A program made the translations under genes and the position numbers. Under the pieces are notes generated by a model. The model made no database searches. It was not told where the DNA came from and was given only the letters and a program-made list of their open reading frames with translations. Below, one piece after another: positions 7,492 through 17,738 of a DNA stretch of 54,626 nt. Source of the stretch: Nitrospirota bacterium (GTDB taxonomy: Bacteria > Nitrospirota > Thermodesulfovibrionia > Thermodesulfovibrionales > Dissulfurispiraceae); contig JAJZPZ010000001.1 of NCBI GenBank assembly GCA_021847795.1, positions 1 through 54,626 on the forward strand, read 5' to 3'. How positions within the stretch are numbered: the stretch's first letter is position 1; every line of letters begins with the position of its first letter.

Positions 7492-8544
7492 TTAAATCAC
7501 TGTCCACTGTTGTGGGAGAAAGAGCCGTTCATACGTAAGGAGGGCAAAGCTGTCTGTCATGCCTGCAATGAAATCACAGACTATACGGTGCTTGTCGTTT
7601 TTTCTCTCCGGGGCGACGTCCTGGGAAACTTCATCGGTATGCTCCAGATAATATTCGTAAAGGGCCTTCAGTATGCCTTCCGCCTTGCTGAATTCGGACC
7701 TGATGACACTGCTCTCATAGACCCTCTCGAAAAGGAAGTCCCTGATCCTGTAAACAGCACCCGATACTTCCGGGCCCATGTCTACGTGCTCATAATCCGC
7801 AGCAATGGTCGTTTTAATAGTGTCACGGACCATGGTATCTATGCGCCTGGCATAAGCCTCGCCGATTATTTTCGTTATTTCTTTAGGCACATCGGAGCGT
7901 TTTATCACTCCGGCCCTGATGGCATCGTCAAGATCGTGATTTGTATACGCTATTACGTCCGATATGCGCACAACAAGGCCTTCCAGGGTTACCGGCTTTT
8001 CGCGGGCATCATAGGAGACTATCATTCCCTTGCCCTTTGAATGCTTAACAATTCCGTCGCGCACTTCAAGGGTGAGATTAAGTCCCTGGCCGTTCCTTTC
8101 AAGGAGATCAACAACGCGCAGGCTCTGTTTAAAATGATCGAACCCGCCGGGGTGCAGCGCCCGGAGAATCGCCTCTCCGGCATGCCCGAAGGGTGTATGA
8201 CCCAGGTCATGTCCAAGCGCTATGGCTTCAACGAGATCTTCGTTCAAACGCAGCGCACGCGCAATAGTCCTCGCTATCTGTGAGACCTCAAGCACATGGG
8301 TAAGCCTTGTGCGGTAATGGTCCCCCCTCGGGGCAAGGAACACCTGGGTTTTATGCTTCAGTCTCCTGAACGCTTTTGAATGAATGATCCTGTCTCTGTC
8401 CCTCTGGAAACAGGTCCTGATGTCATCTGCCTTCTCCTGTTTCGCCCGGCCCCTGCTCTGCGCGCTCAGGCATGCCCCGGGATGGAGTATCTTCTTTTCT
8501 ATATCTTCCGTCTGTTCTCGAATAGTCATAAAAGTTGCGTTCAT
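7492..8544 (-). CDS. dgt: dGTP triphosphohydrolase-like HD-domain protein
   Basis: [22 protein letters not shown], then [21 protein letters not shown] and [16 protein letters not shown]. Confidence 0.9.
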   Translation of the reverse strand: MNATFMTIREQTEDIEKKILHPGACLSAQSRGRAKQEKADDIRTCFQRDRDRIIHSKAFRRLKHKTQVFLAPRGDHYRTRLTHVLEVSQIARTIARALRLNEDLVEAIALGHDLGHTPFGHAGEAILRALHPGGFDHFKQSLRVVDLLERNGQGLNLTLEVRDGIVKHSKGKGMIVSYDAREKPVTLEGLVVRISDVIAYTNHDLDDAIRAGVIKRSDVPKEITKIIGEAYARRIDTMVRDTIKTTIAADYEHVDMGPEVSGAVYRIRDFLFERVYESSVIRSEFSKAEGILKALYEYYLEHTDEVSQDVAPERKNDKHRIVCDFIAGMTDSFALLTYERLFLPQQWTVI

Positions 8545-8589
8545 AGCGTTATTGGGTTATAGCATCATAGAGTTTTCCGATCTTTTACG

Positions 8590-9990
8590 CTATAACGCAT
8601 TTACAATGCCCTTCACCAAGGCATCTATTTCAGTATCTCTTATTGTCCTTGTATCTATCAGGAGGGCATTATCTTTAATCCGTGCCACTATGGGCGGGGT
8701 ACCTCGCCGTAATCTCTCTTCCAGCGCGTTGACGGAAATACGCGCAGGCCTGATTGCAACCACATAGGTTGTAAATTCTATTTCAGGGAGCGCCCCCCCG
8801 CCTGACTGGGACGAATCTTCGAGAATGTCTATTCTTGCACTTCCGGTAAATGCCGGGCCAAGCTTCTTCCTGAGCCGCGATACGATCCTCCCGGCCCTTT
8901 CCTTTATTTTTCCCGGATCCTGCAGGAGCATGTTTAGAGTAGGAATTTTCTCTTTTGCCTTATCTTCATCAAGATAACACCTAAGGACCGCTTCAAAGGC
9001 AGCAAGTGTCATTTTATCTACCCTGACTGCACGCATAAGAGGATTTTTAGCTATTTTTTCAATAAGTTCCGCCTTGCCAATAATCACTCCGCCCTGGGGG
9101 CCTCCCAGGAGTTTGTCCCCGCTAAAGGTCACAATATCTGCGCCCGCCCTTACGGTTTCCTGCACTGTGGGTTCAATATGGATTCCATAGGGCTTGAGAT
9201 CTATAAGGCTGCCGCTCCCGAGATCGAACATTACCGGGATGCCCCTTTTCCTGCCAAGGGCAACCAACTCATTAACGGAGACCGCACTGGTAAATCCAAC
9301 CATCCGGTAATTCGACTGATGCACTTTCAATAAAAGGGCAGTGTTCTCATTGATCGCCGCTTCGTAATCACGAACATGGGTCTTGTTCGTAGCCCCTACT
9401 TCCCGGAGGAGAGCGCCGCTGCTGCTCATGACATCGGGTATCCTGAAAGAGCCGCCGATCTCCACAAGCTCTCCACGGGAAACAACAACCTCCCTGCTTT
9501 TTGCAAGCGCGGTCAGGCAGACAAAGACCGCTGCTGCATTGTTATTCACAATGAGGCTGTCTTCAGCGCCTGTTATTTCAGTGAGAAGCTTCCGGACATG
9601 GGAGTACCTTTTCCCCCTCCTGCCCTCCTCAACCTCGTATTCAAGATTGGAATAGCTGCAGGCGGTTTTCCTGACGTTTTCCATGATTTCTTCTGATAAG
9701 ACCGATCGCCCCAGGTTTGTGTGGATCACAATCCCCGTGGCATTGATAACAGGCTTCAGGTTGAATTCCAGGGCTTTTTCCATATGCCTCTGAATATCTG
9801 AAATGATTTCCTCAAGGGAGAGTTCACCGAGGTCGCCTTTCAGGATCGCCTGCCTTCCCTGATCAATCACTTCCCTTATTGCTTTGAGGAGAGAGCGCCG
9901 GGGATATACCGTCTGCCACTGAAGGCCTTTATCGGATTTCAGAATTTCATCAACTGACGGCAGTGAGGCCAAAAGCTGCTGTTTATCCAT
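8590..9990 (-). CDS. selA: L-seryl-tRNA(Sec) selenium transferase
   Basis: LPSVDEILK N-terminus, VINATGIVIHTNLGRS, NNNAAAV, and FSGDKLLGGPQGG (PLP lysine). I prefer the start at ATG 9990 (GGAG 9 nt upstream); the ORF track TTG is at 10005. Confidence 0.9.
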   Translation of the reverse strand: MDKQQLLASLPSVDEILKSDKGLQWQTVYPRRSLLKAIREVIDQGRQAILKGDLGELSLEEIISDIQRHMEKALEFNLKPVINATGIVIHTNLGRSVLSEEIMENVRKTACSYSNLEYEVEEGRRGKRYSHVRKLLTEITGAEDSLIVNNNAAAVFVCLTALAKSREVVVSRGELVEIGGSFRIPDVMSSSGALLREVGATNKTHVRDYEAAINENTALLLKVHQSNYRMVGFTSAVSVNELVALGRKRGIPVMFDLGSGSLIDLKPYGIHIEPTVQETVRAGADIVTFSGDKLLGGPQGGVIIGKAELIEKIAKNPLMRAVRVDKMTLAAFEAVLRCYLDEDKAKEKIPTLNMLLQDPGKIKERAGRIVSRLRKKLGPAFTGSARIDILEDSSQSGGGALPEIEFTTYVVAIRPARISVNALEERLRRGTPPIVARIKDNALLIDTRTIRDTEIDALVKGIVNAL

Positions 9991-10222
9991 TTCCCCTTGC
10001 TCCAATGTACCCGGACAGCGTATTTACCGGCCCTGTGTTTACTTATACAGAAATGTATAAGCCATGCTTGCCGGATATTCACCGGTTTTTTTATTTTACT
10101 CTTTCAGGCAAAGGCTTTTCAAAGGCAACAGGTTTGTATTATTATACATGCTCTGTCAATTTCAGATTTAAGATTTCTGATTGCAGATTGAATCACCAAT
10201 CATAAAACTACTTGGAGGTCGT

Positions 10223-11362
10223 ATGTTAAAGCGCTATCTTCTAGCCCCTGGTCCGACACCGGTGCCGCCGGAGGTGCTCCTTTCAATGGCAATGCCGATG
10301 ATCCACCACAGGGCCCCTGATTTCGTGCCTATTCTTGATTCAGCCAAAAAAGGTCTGCAGTGGCTGTTCCAGACAAAAAACGATGTCCTTATTCTTTGTT
10401 CCACAGGCACAGGCGGCATGGTAGGCGCTGTAAACAACTTCTTCAACCCCGGAGAAAAGGCGCTGGTGGTAAACGGCGGGAAGTTCGGAGAAAGATGGAC
10501 AAAGATATGCCGGGCCTATGGCCTTGCCGTTGAGGAAGTCCCTGTTGAGTGGGGCTACTCCATAAAAGCCGGGGCAGTTGAATCAGCCCTGAAAAAAGAC
10601 CCCGCTATCAAGGCCGTATTTGTCCAGGCAACGGAAACATCCACCGGAGTCTACCACGACATCGAGGGACTCGGAAAAGTCATCAGGAACTATAAAGATA
10701 CCCTGTTCATTGTAGATGCGATCAGCGCCCTTGTTGCACAGGACCTCAGAACTGATGAATGGGGAATAGATCTCATGATCGGAGGCTCACAGAAGGGACT
10801 GATGCTCCCGCCGGGACTTGCTTTTGTCAGTGTCAGCGAAAAGGCGTGGAAGAAAAGCGAGTCATCAAAGATGCCGAAATTTTATTTTAATTTTAAAAAG
10901 GAAAGAGAAACCCTCGCAAAGAACCAGACCAATTTCACCTCGGCAGTCACCCTGATAATCGGACTGAACGAGGCAATCAAAATGCTGCAGAGCGAAGGCC
11001 TTGAAAACGTCTTTAAGAGACATGCACGGCTTGCCAATGCTACACGGGCAGCAGTTAAGGCAATGGGACTGGGCATCTACTCAAAGGAATCGCCCAGTAA
11101 TTCGGTTACTGCAATTGAGGCGCCGGCAGGAATCGACGGACAATTGATATATAAAAATCTCCGGGAAAAATACGGGGTCACCGGCGCAGGCGGCCAGGAC
11201 AAAGCAAAGGGGAAGATATTCAGGCTCGCTCACCTCGGCTATGCCGATACCTTTGATGTAATAACCGGTATTGCAGCGCTGGAGATGGTGTTGAAAGAGC
11301 TCGGATACAATATGAAGCTGGGGACCGGGGTTGCTGCAGCACAGGAAATATTGATGCAATAA
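10223..11362 (+). CDS. Class V aminotransferase (serine-glyoxylate / phosphoserine aminotransferase-like)
   Basis: MLKRYLLAPGPTPVPPEVL, and GSQKGLMLPPGLAF (PLP lysine in the SQK motif). GGAGG lies 5 nt before ATG 10223. It sits directly upstream of serA, which suggests a SerC-type role. Confidence 0.85.
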   Translation: MLKRYLLAPGPTPVPPEVLLSMAMPMIHHRAPDFVPILDSAKKGLQWLFQTKNDVLILCSTGTGGMVGAVNNFFNPGEKALVVNGGKFGERWTKICRAYGLAVEEVPVEWGYSIKAGAVESALKKDPAIKAVFVQATETSTGVYHDIEGLGKVIRNYKDTLFIVDAISALVAQDLRTDEWGIDLMIGGSQKGLMLPPGLAFVSVSEKAWKKSESSKMPKFYFNFKKERETLAKNQTNFTSAVTLIIGLNEAIKMLQSEGLENVFKRHARLANATRAAVKAMGLGIYSKESPSNSVTAIEAPAGIDGQLIYKNLREKYGVTGAGGQDKAKGKIFRLAHLGYADTFDVITGIAALEMVLKELGYNMKLGTGVAAAQEILMQ

Positions 11363-11363
11363 A

Positions 11364-11447
11364 GACAAGTAAGAAGGAAGAAACAAAAAGATCAATGTAT
11401 TATTTTTGTTTCCCGCTTTTTACTTCTCGCTTCCTGCTTCTCACTTG
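11364..11447 (+). repeat. Imperfect hairpin starting 2 nt after the aminotransferase stop
   Basis: gaaacaaaaa (11380-11389) pairs perfectly with tttttgtttc (11403-11412). The outer arms caagtaagaaggaa and ttcctgcttctcacttg pair imperfectly, with an 18-nt insertion in the right arm. Confidence 0.5.
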
Positions 11448-11497
11448 CTGTACCGCTCACTCTGTTATGAGGAGCTAATTATAAGGAGGTATTTGTA

Positions 11498-13075
11498 ATG
11501 AAGGTTCTTGTAAGCGACAACATTTCATCAAAGGGTGTGGATATCCTGAAAAAGGCCGGGCTTGAAGTGGACGTAAAGACAGGCCTGAAGCCTGATGAGT
11601 TGAAAGCCATTATCGGAAAATACCATGCGCTTGTCGTCAGAAGCGCTACGAAGGCCACAGCGGATATTATTGAAGCCGCAAAAAACCTTAAGGTAATCGG
11701 CCGGGCAGGATCAGGGCTGGACAATGTAGATAAGACCGCTGCTTCAAAAAGAGGAATTGTTGTGATGAATACGCCCGGCGGAAATACCATCACAACGGCT
11801 GAACATACCATTGCCATGATATTTGCAGTAGCACGGAAGATCCCTCAGGCAAATGCCTCGTTGGCTGCAAATAAATGGGAGAAGAAGAAATTCATGGGGA
11901 CCGAACTCTTCAATAAGACCCTCGGCGTCATCGGCCTTGGGAATATAGGCGGAGAGGTGGCCAAGAGGGCACAGGGCCTCGGCATGAATATTATCGCCTA
12001 TGATCCCTTTCTGGGCGAGGACAAGGCAAAGAGCATGGGCATAGGGAAAGTCGAAATTCCCGAACTCATCAAACGTGCGGATTTCATAACAATACATACG
12101 CCCCTTACCAGTGAAACAAAAGGACTCATCAATACAAAATCAATAAAGACCATGAAGGACGGCGTGTATATCATAAACTGCGCGCGCGGCGGCATCATCA
12201 ACGAGAAAGACCTGTACAGCGCCCTTGAAAGCGGCAAAGTCGCAGGAGCTGCACTTGATGTCTTCGAAAAAGAGCCCCCCGAGAACAATCCTCTTGTGGG
12301 ACACGAAAAGGTCGTATGCACGCCGCACCTCGGCGCCTCAACACAGGAGGCACAGGAGAATGTCGCAATAGCGGTTGCAGAACAGATTGCCGATTATCTT
12401 GTCCACGGGACTATCAGAAATGCCGTGAACTTCCCGTCGATACCTGCTGACCAGGTCGCCGTTCTGCAGCCCTATATAAACCTCGCAGAAAAGGTGGGAA
12501 GCTTTGCATCGCAGATGTTCGACGGAGAAATCACCGAGGTCACCCTGGAATACAGGGGGGAAGCTTCGGGGTTGAATACTCATCCTTTGACTATAGCGGC
12601 GCTGAAAGGCTTCCTGTCTCCGGTCCTTGAGGAGACGGTCAATTTTGTGAATGCGCCGTTCATCGCCAAAGAGCGCGGCATAGAAGTGAAAGAGACGAAG
12701 AGCAGTGATGCAGGGGATTACCAGAGCCTCATAACCGTGGTGCTCAAATCCCGCAAGAAAAAGCTTGCCGTAGCAGGGACGCTTTTCAGCAAAAAAGATC
12801 CCAGGATTGTAAAGATCGATGACTTTACCGTGGAAATAATGCCTGAAGGGACTATGCTTTTCATGTATAACAACGACAAACCCGGGGTTATCGGCAACAT
12901 CGGCACAATGCTTGGGAAGAATTCCATCAACATCGCCAGAATGCATTTCGGCAGGGAAAAGGCCGGCGGGACGGCCATCTCCGTGGTCAATATTGATGCC
13001 CCTATGTCCGAGAAGCTGCTGGCGGATATAAAAAAGCTTCCGAATATCCTTGACGTGAAGGTCTTAAATCTTTAA
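11498..13075 (+). CDS. serA: D-3-phosphoglycerate dehydrogenase with C-terminal ACT domain
   Basis: 525 aa. GVIGLGNIGGEVAKRA, INCARGGIINE, TPHLGAST, ACT-like C-terminus. AAGGAGG RBS. Confidence 0.95.
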   Translation: MKVLVSDNISSKGVDILKKAGLEVDVKTGLKPDELKAIIGKYHALVVRSATKATADIIEAAKNLKVIGRAGSGLDNVDKTAASKRGIVVMNTPGGNTITTAEHTIAMIFAVARKIPQANASLAANKWEKKKFMGTELFNKTLGVIGLGNIGGEVAKRAQGLGMNIIAYDPFLGEDKAKSMGIGKVEIPELIKRADFITIHTPLTSETKGLINTKSIKTMKDGVYIINCARGGIINEKDLYSALESGKVAGAALDVFEKEPPENNPLVGHEKVVCTPHLGASTQEAQENVAIAVAEQIADYLVHGTIRNAVNFPSIPADQVAVLQPYINLAEKVGSFASQMFDGEITEVTLEYRGEASGLNTHPLTIAALKGFLSPVLEETVNFVNAPFIAKERGIEVKETKSSDAGDYQSLITVVLKSRKKKLAVAGTLFSKKDPRIVKIDDFTVEIMPEGTMLFMYNNDKPGVIGNIGTMLGKNSINIARMHFGREKAGGTAISVVNIDAPMSEKLLADIKKLPNILDVKVLNL

Positions 13076-13133
13076 GCCGACGCCGGTGGCCGGCGCCGGC
13101 CACGGCATTAAAGAATGTACACTAAAAATGTGA

Positions 13134-14429
<1,296 letters not shown>

Positions 14430-14442
14430 AGTTCGCCGGGCT

Positions 14443-14463
14443 GCGGGGTGTCTGCCACCCCGC
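14443..14463 (+). terminator. GC-rich hairpin after purA (possible terminator, no U-tract)
   Basis: gcggggtg (14443-14450) pairs with caccccgc (14456-14463), 5-nt loop. The following sequence is not T-rich. Confidence 0.3.
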
Positions 14464-14505
14464 TCCATAAATCCCTATAAACACAGGCTTTTTAACGGGG
14501 CGCTC

Positions 14506-15219
14506 ATGAATACAGTCCTGGACAGCCTTCTCAATATATTCTTTCCCTCCCGGTGTCCGCTCTGCGGCAGCAATTCGGACCGCGCCCGATACAACCCCAT
14601 ATGCACCTCCTGCTGGGACTCTATGGGGAAATATTCCGGGCCTGTATGCGGGATATGCGGAATCCCGACAGTGTCATCTTTTACAACAGTCTGCGGGTCC
14701 TGTATAAAATCAAGGCCCCCTTTTTCAGGAATGCTCTTCTACGGCGCTTATGAAGGGGCACTGAAAAAATCCATTCACCTTCTCAAATTCAGCGGGGTAA
14801 GGCGACTGTCAAAACCCCTGGGCCTCCTCCTCTCTGAATTACCTGTCCCGGAAGCAGATGGAATAATTCCCGTTCCCCTTCACCCCGAAAGACTCAGGCA
14901 GCGGGAATTCAATCAGACCGCGCTTATTGCCCGGAACCTTTCTCAAAAGCTGAAGATCCCTTTGGCGCTGAATGCCCTCATGAAGATCAAAGAGACATCT
15001 CCTCAGACCGGGATACCCAGAACGGAAAGACTGAGGAACGTAAAGAACGCATACAGCGCCTCTCCCGAAAAGGTCAGCGGACGGGATTTGTTGCTCATCG
15101 ATGATGTGATAACCACAGGGGCAACAGTCAGTGAATGCTCACGGATTTTAATGAAGGCCGGGGCAAAGAAGGTGACTATTATAGCTTTGGCCCGTTCAAT
15201 GCCGAAACAGCTTTCCTGA
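14506..15219 (+). CDS. comFC: ComF family protein (phosphoribosyltransferase domain with N-terminal Cys-rich zinc finger)
   Basis: FPSRCPLCGS...CTSCW...CGICG...CGSC, and the C-terminal PRTase motif LLLIDDVITTGATV. Confidence 0.85.
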   Translation: MNTVLDSLLNIFFPSRCPLCGSNSDRARYNPICTSCWDSMGKYSGPVCGICGIPTVSSFTTVCGSCIKSRPPFSGMLFYGAYEGALKKSIHLLKFSGVRRLSKPLGLLLSELPVPEADGIIPVPLHPERLRQREFNQTALIARNLSQKLKIPLALNALMKIKETSPQTGIPRTERLRNVKNAYSASPEKVSGRDLLLIDDVITTGATVSECSRILMKAGAKKVTIIALARSMPKQLS

Positions 15220-15399
15220 GGATAAAGCCCCCTTCCCGCACGTTGCAAAAACAGGTTGTGCGCATCTGCCTGACTTAACCTCTAAACCCGGTTTCCGGAA
15301 GATAAAACGCATGCTGCAGGCAGAGCTGTAGTTTTTCATAAAAATTTCAAAAGAGAATACTTGAAAACATTGCCGGTTAACTGGTATATTTAATGTCAT

Positions 15400-15484
15400 G
15401 CCGAAGTGGTGGAACTGGTAGACACGCACGTTTGAGGGGCGTGTGGAGCAATCCATGCGGGTTCGAGTCCCGCCTTCGGCACCA
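15400..15484 (+). tRNA. tRNA-Leu (anticodon GAG), class II with long variable arm, CCA encoded
   Basis: Hand-folded. Acceptor GCCGAAG/CTTCGGC; anticodon stem CACGT/GCGTG with loop TTGAGGG; variable arm TGGAGCAATCCATGC; T-arm GCGGG-TTCGAGT-CCCGC; 3' ACCA. Confidence 0.9.
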
Positions 15485-15734
15485 TTCTTCCCACCCCTCA
15501 TCTCCTGCCTTCTCCGCAAGAGCTTCCTGAATGAAAACTTATACATTGCCGCACCCAAAGCAACAGAGAGAACATGGCAGGGGGACAGTTTGCTGTAAAG
15601 GCTTTCCAAAGCGATAAAAGAGTATCAACACATAGCGACGATTGTCTTACAAAAGAAGAGATGTGTTTTTCAGTGGGGCTGCCTTGTATTCATACAAGGG
15701 AAGAGCTACTAAGGCAGGCTTGCCCTGGAGAGTA

Positions 15735-17669
15735 CTAATACTTCTCTCCGACCCACATATCCATTGCAAATCTCAGGACCTTATTCCTTCCCCTTTCCTT
15801 TGCTTTGTAGAGGGCCACATCGGCATATTTGACCGCTTCCCAGAAGTTCTGGGTATCTATGGGGAATTCACTGATACCGATGCTGATGGTTTTCTGGACA
15901 AATCCGCCGGTGATTTTGACCTTGGACTTTTCAATGCTGTCGCGGATTTTTTCAGCTACTGCGATAGAATCTTCAGGCTTTGTGTCGATCAGCAGAACCA
16001 GGAACTCCTCGCCTCCGTACCGGATCACGAGATCGGAACTCCTCACGCTCTTCCTGATAACATTTGAGGTCTCCTTTAAAACCATATCGCCGACGTCATG
16101 GCCGTACTGGTCATTTGTCTGTTTGAAAAAGTCGAGATCGCACATCATAAGCCCGAGTGTAGTTCCTCTCCGCAGGACCCCGGCGATCAGGTTTTCAAAG
16201 CTCTCTTCAAGGAATCTCCTGTTGTAAAGCCCGGTCATTGCATCTCTGAAGGCAGAATCCTTAAGCGTCCTCATAAGTCTTTTTGCCTCAAGCACCGGCT
16301 GCGCTTCAATTATATACTGCCGCGCCCTGCCGATCTTGTTTTCAAGGTCCGTTACCTGGCATGACTCCGGCCTTTCGCAAACAAACTGGACAACACCGCC
16401 TACATTACCGCCGATGATGACCGGCACACATACATGCGTTTCTTCCGCGGCTTCAGAGTAATACTTACAGATATCGGGATAGTCTATCGACGAGACCGGG
16501 TGGCCGGTCCTCTTTGCCCTGCACAGGTCGCAATCAAGCTGGATGTCTCTCTTGCAATACAACTCGGTCCCTTCCGCTTCGGACGGATAGGCGACGCGCA
16601 TCGTGTTTTTGCTGTTGGATACCTCATAAATTACGCTGTTGTCCAGCTTAAGATCATCCTTGAATATTTTGCCGAGTCGCAGGTAAATGTCCTCAATGCT
16701 CTCATCTTCCTCAATGACTTTCTTGAAGGAGGTCACATGCCCGATCGTATCCATCAGTTTGTTGAACTCGTTGGAGAGGACCCCAAGCTCATCCTTTGAC
16801 GCAACGGCAAGCTTTTTGGACAAATCAACCTCTCCTGTCGACAAGGACTTGATCTGCCCGATTATCGCCCTGATCGGCTTTTCGAGGGAGCGCGATATCA
16901 GGATGCCGAAAACAATCGAAAGCAACGCTGCAAGCACAAAGGTCAGGCCGATCGCCATAATTGCGATATTGAACCACAGCTTCATGGTAACGGAGAACTT
17001 CTGCCATTCCTTCCCTACGGCTATGGCATAGTCATTGAGAAGCGTAACGGCATCGCGCGTGAGCAGATCGTACTCGGTGACCTTGTCCCCCAGCGTTCCT
17101 GTGCCCGGAATTGCACTCCCGGCAGTTCCGTTTTTGATGCTGTTGAGGCGGGCGCCGGTTATCTCTTCCATGAGTTTCGCAATGTCCTTGATTTTAAGAA
17201 TAGCCTCTTCGATAGACTTGCGTTTGTCCTCATCTTCAACCCGGCTCATAGAGTAAGGGGCGGAAAGCTGTCCGGTGGCACGGTTATAATCAATCACCTG
17301 CCCCCCCTTCAGCATGGTATTCAAATAGGCGATCGAATCGTCCAGGGTTCCCTTTGCCCGTCTGTAGTTTGCGGTTACTCCTTTTTCATTATTAAATATG
17401 ATAATATTGTGCATCGAAATGTTCGCACCCCTCAGCTTCCGGATCGCAATATTCGCTGTCTTTTCCTGGGGCCAGATCTTAACAACCATCTGCCTTGATT
17501 TGGCACTCATATCGAACATGGTAAGGAGTCCGATAGCAGATATGATTACAAGCCAGAAGAGGGCGCCGAAGGAAAACAGGACAAATTTCTTTCTGATAGG
17601 CAGGTCGACAAAGGTGATAACGTTTATTATCTTTTTAAGCAAGCTGTTGGCTTTGGGATTCTGCTTCAT
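15735..17669 (-). CDS. Membrane diguanylate cyclase: N-terminal sensor helices, HAMP, Cys-rich GAF-like domain, GGDEF
   Basis: RYGGEEFLVLL active site and RDAMTGLYNRRF. A HAMP-like region follows the second TM. The middle domain contains CKRDIQLDCDLC, ICKYY, HVCVPV and FVCERPESC. Confidence 0.9.
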   Translation of the reverse strand: MKQNPKANSLLKKIINVITFVDLPIRKKFVLFSFGALFWLVIISAIGLLTMFDMSAKSRQMVVKIWPQEKTANIAIRKLRGANISMHNIIIFNNEKGVTANYRRAKGTLDDSIAYLNTMLKGGQVIDYNRATGQLSAPYSMSRVEDEDKRKSIEEAILKIKDIAKLMEEITGARLNSIKNGTAGSAIPGTGTLGDKVTEYDLLTRDAVTLLNDYAIAVGKEWQKFSVTMKLWFNIAIMAIGLTFVLAALLSIVFGILISRSLEKPIRAIIGQIKSLSTGEVDLSKKLAVASKDELGVLSNEFNKLMDTIGHVTSFKKVIEEDESIEDIYLRLGKIFKDDLKLDNSVIYEVSNSKNTMRVAYPSEAEGTELYCKRDIQLDCDLCRAKRTGHPVSSIDYPDICKYYSEAAEETHVCVPVIIGGNVGGVVQFVCERPESCQVTDLENKIGRARQYIIEAQPVLEAKRLMRTLKDSAFRDAMTGLYNRRFLEESFENLIAGVLRRGTTLGLMMCDLDFFKQTNDQYGHDVGDMVLKETSNVIRKSVRSSDLVIRYGGEEFLVLLIDTKPEDSIAVAEKIRDSIEKSKVKITGGFVQKTISIGISEFPIDTQNFWEAVKYADVALYKAKERGRNKVLRFAMDMWVGEKY

Positions 17670-17738
17670 TGAGTGTTAATTATACTCACAGGGGAAAAAG
17701 TAATCAAGATTTTTTTTAAATAAGGTATACTAAAAATT

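Noticed and set aside
13086-13103. GC-rich palindrome gtggccggcgccggccac after serA, considered as a terminator
   Set aside because: The stem leaves only a 2-4 nt loop and no T-tract follows. It may still affect transcription, but the evidence is too weak to list it as a feature.
15196-15609. 137-aa minus-strand ORF
   Set aside because: It runs straight through the tRNA-Leu gene (15400-15484) and has no coding features.
17670-17738. Possible M-box (Mg2+) riboswitch upstream of the MgtE_N/NRMT-like pair
   Set aside because: The divergent spacer is only 69 nt, far shorter than an M-box aptamer.
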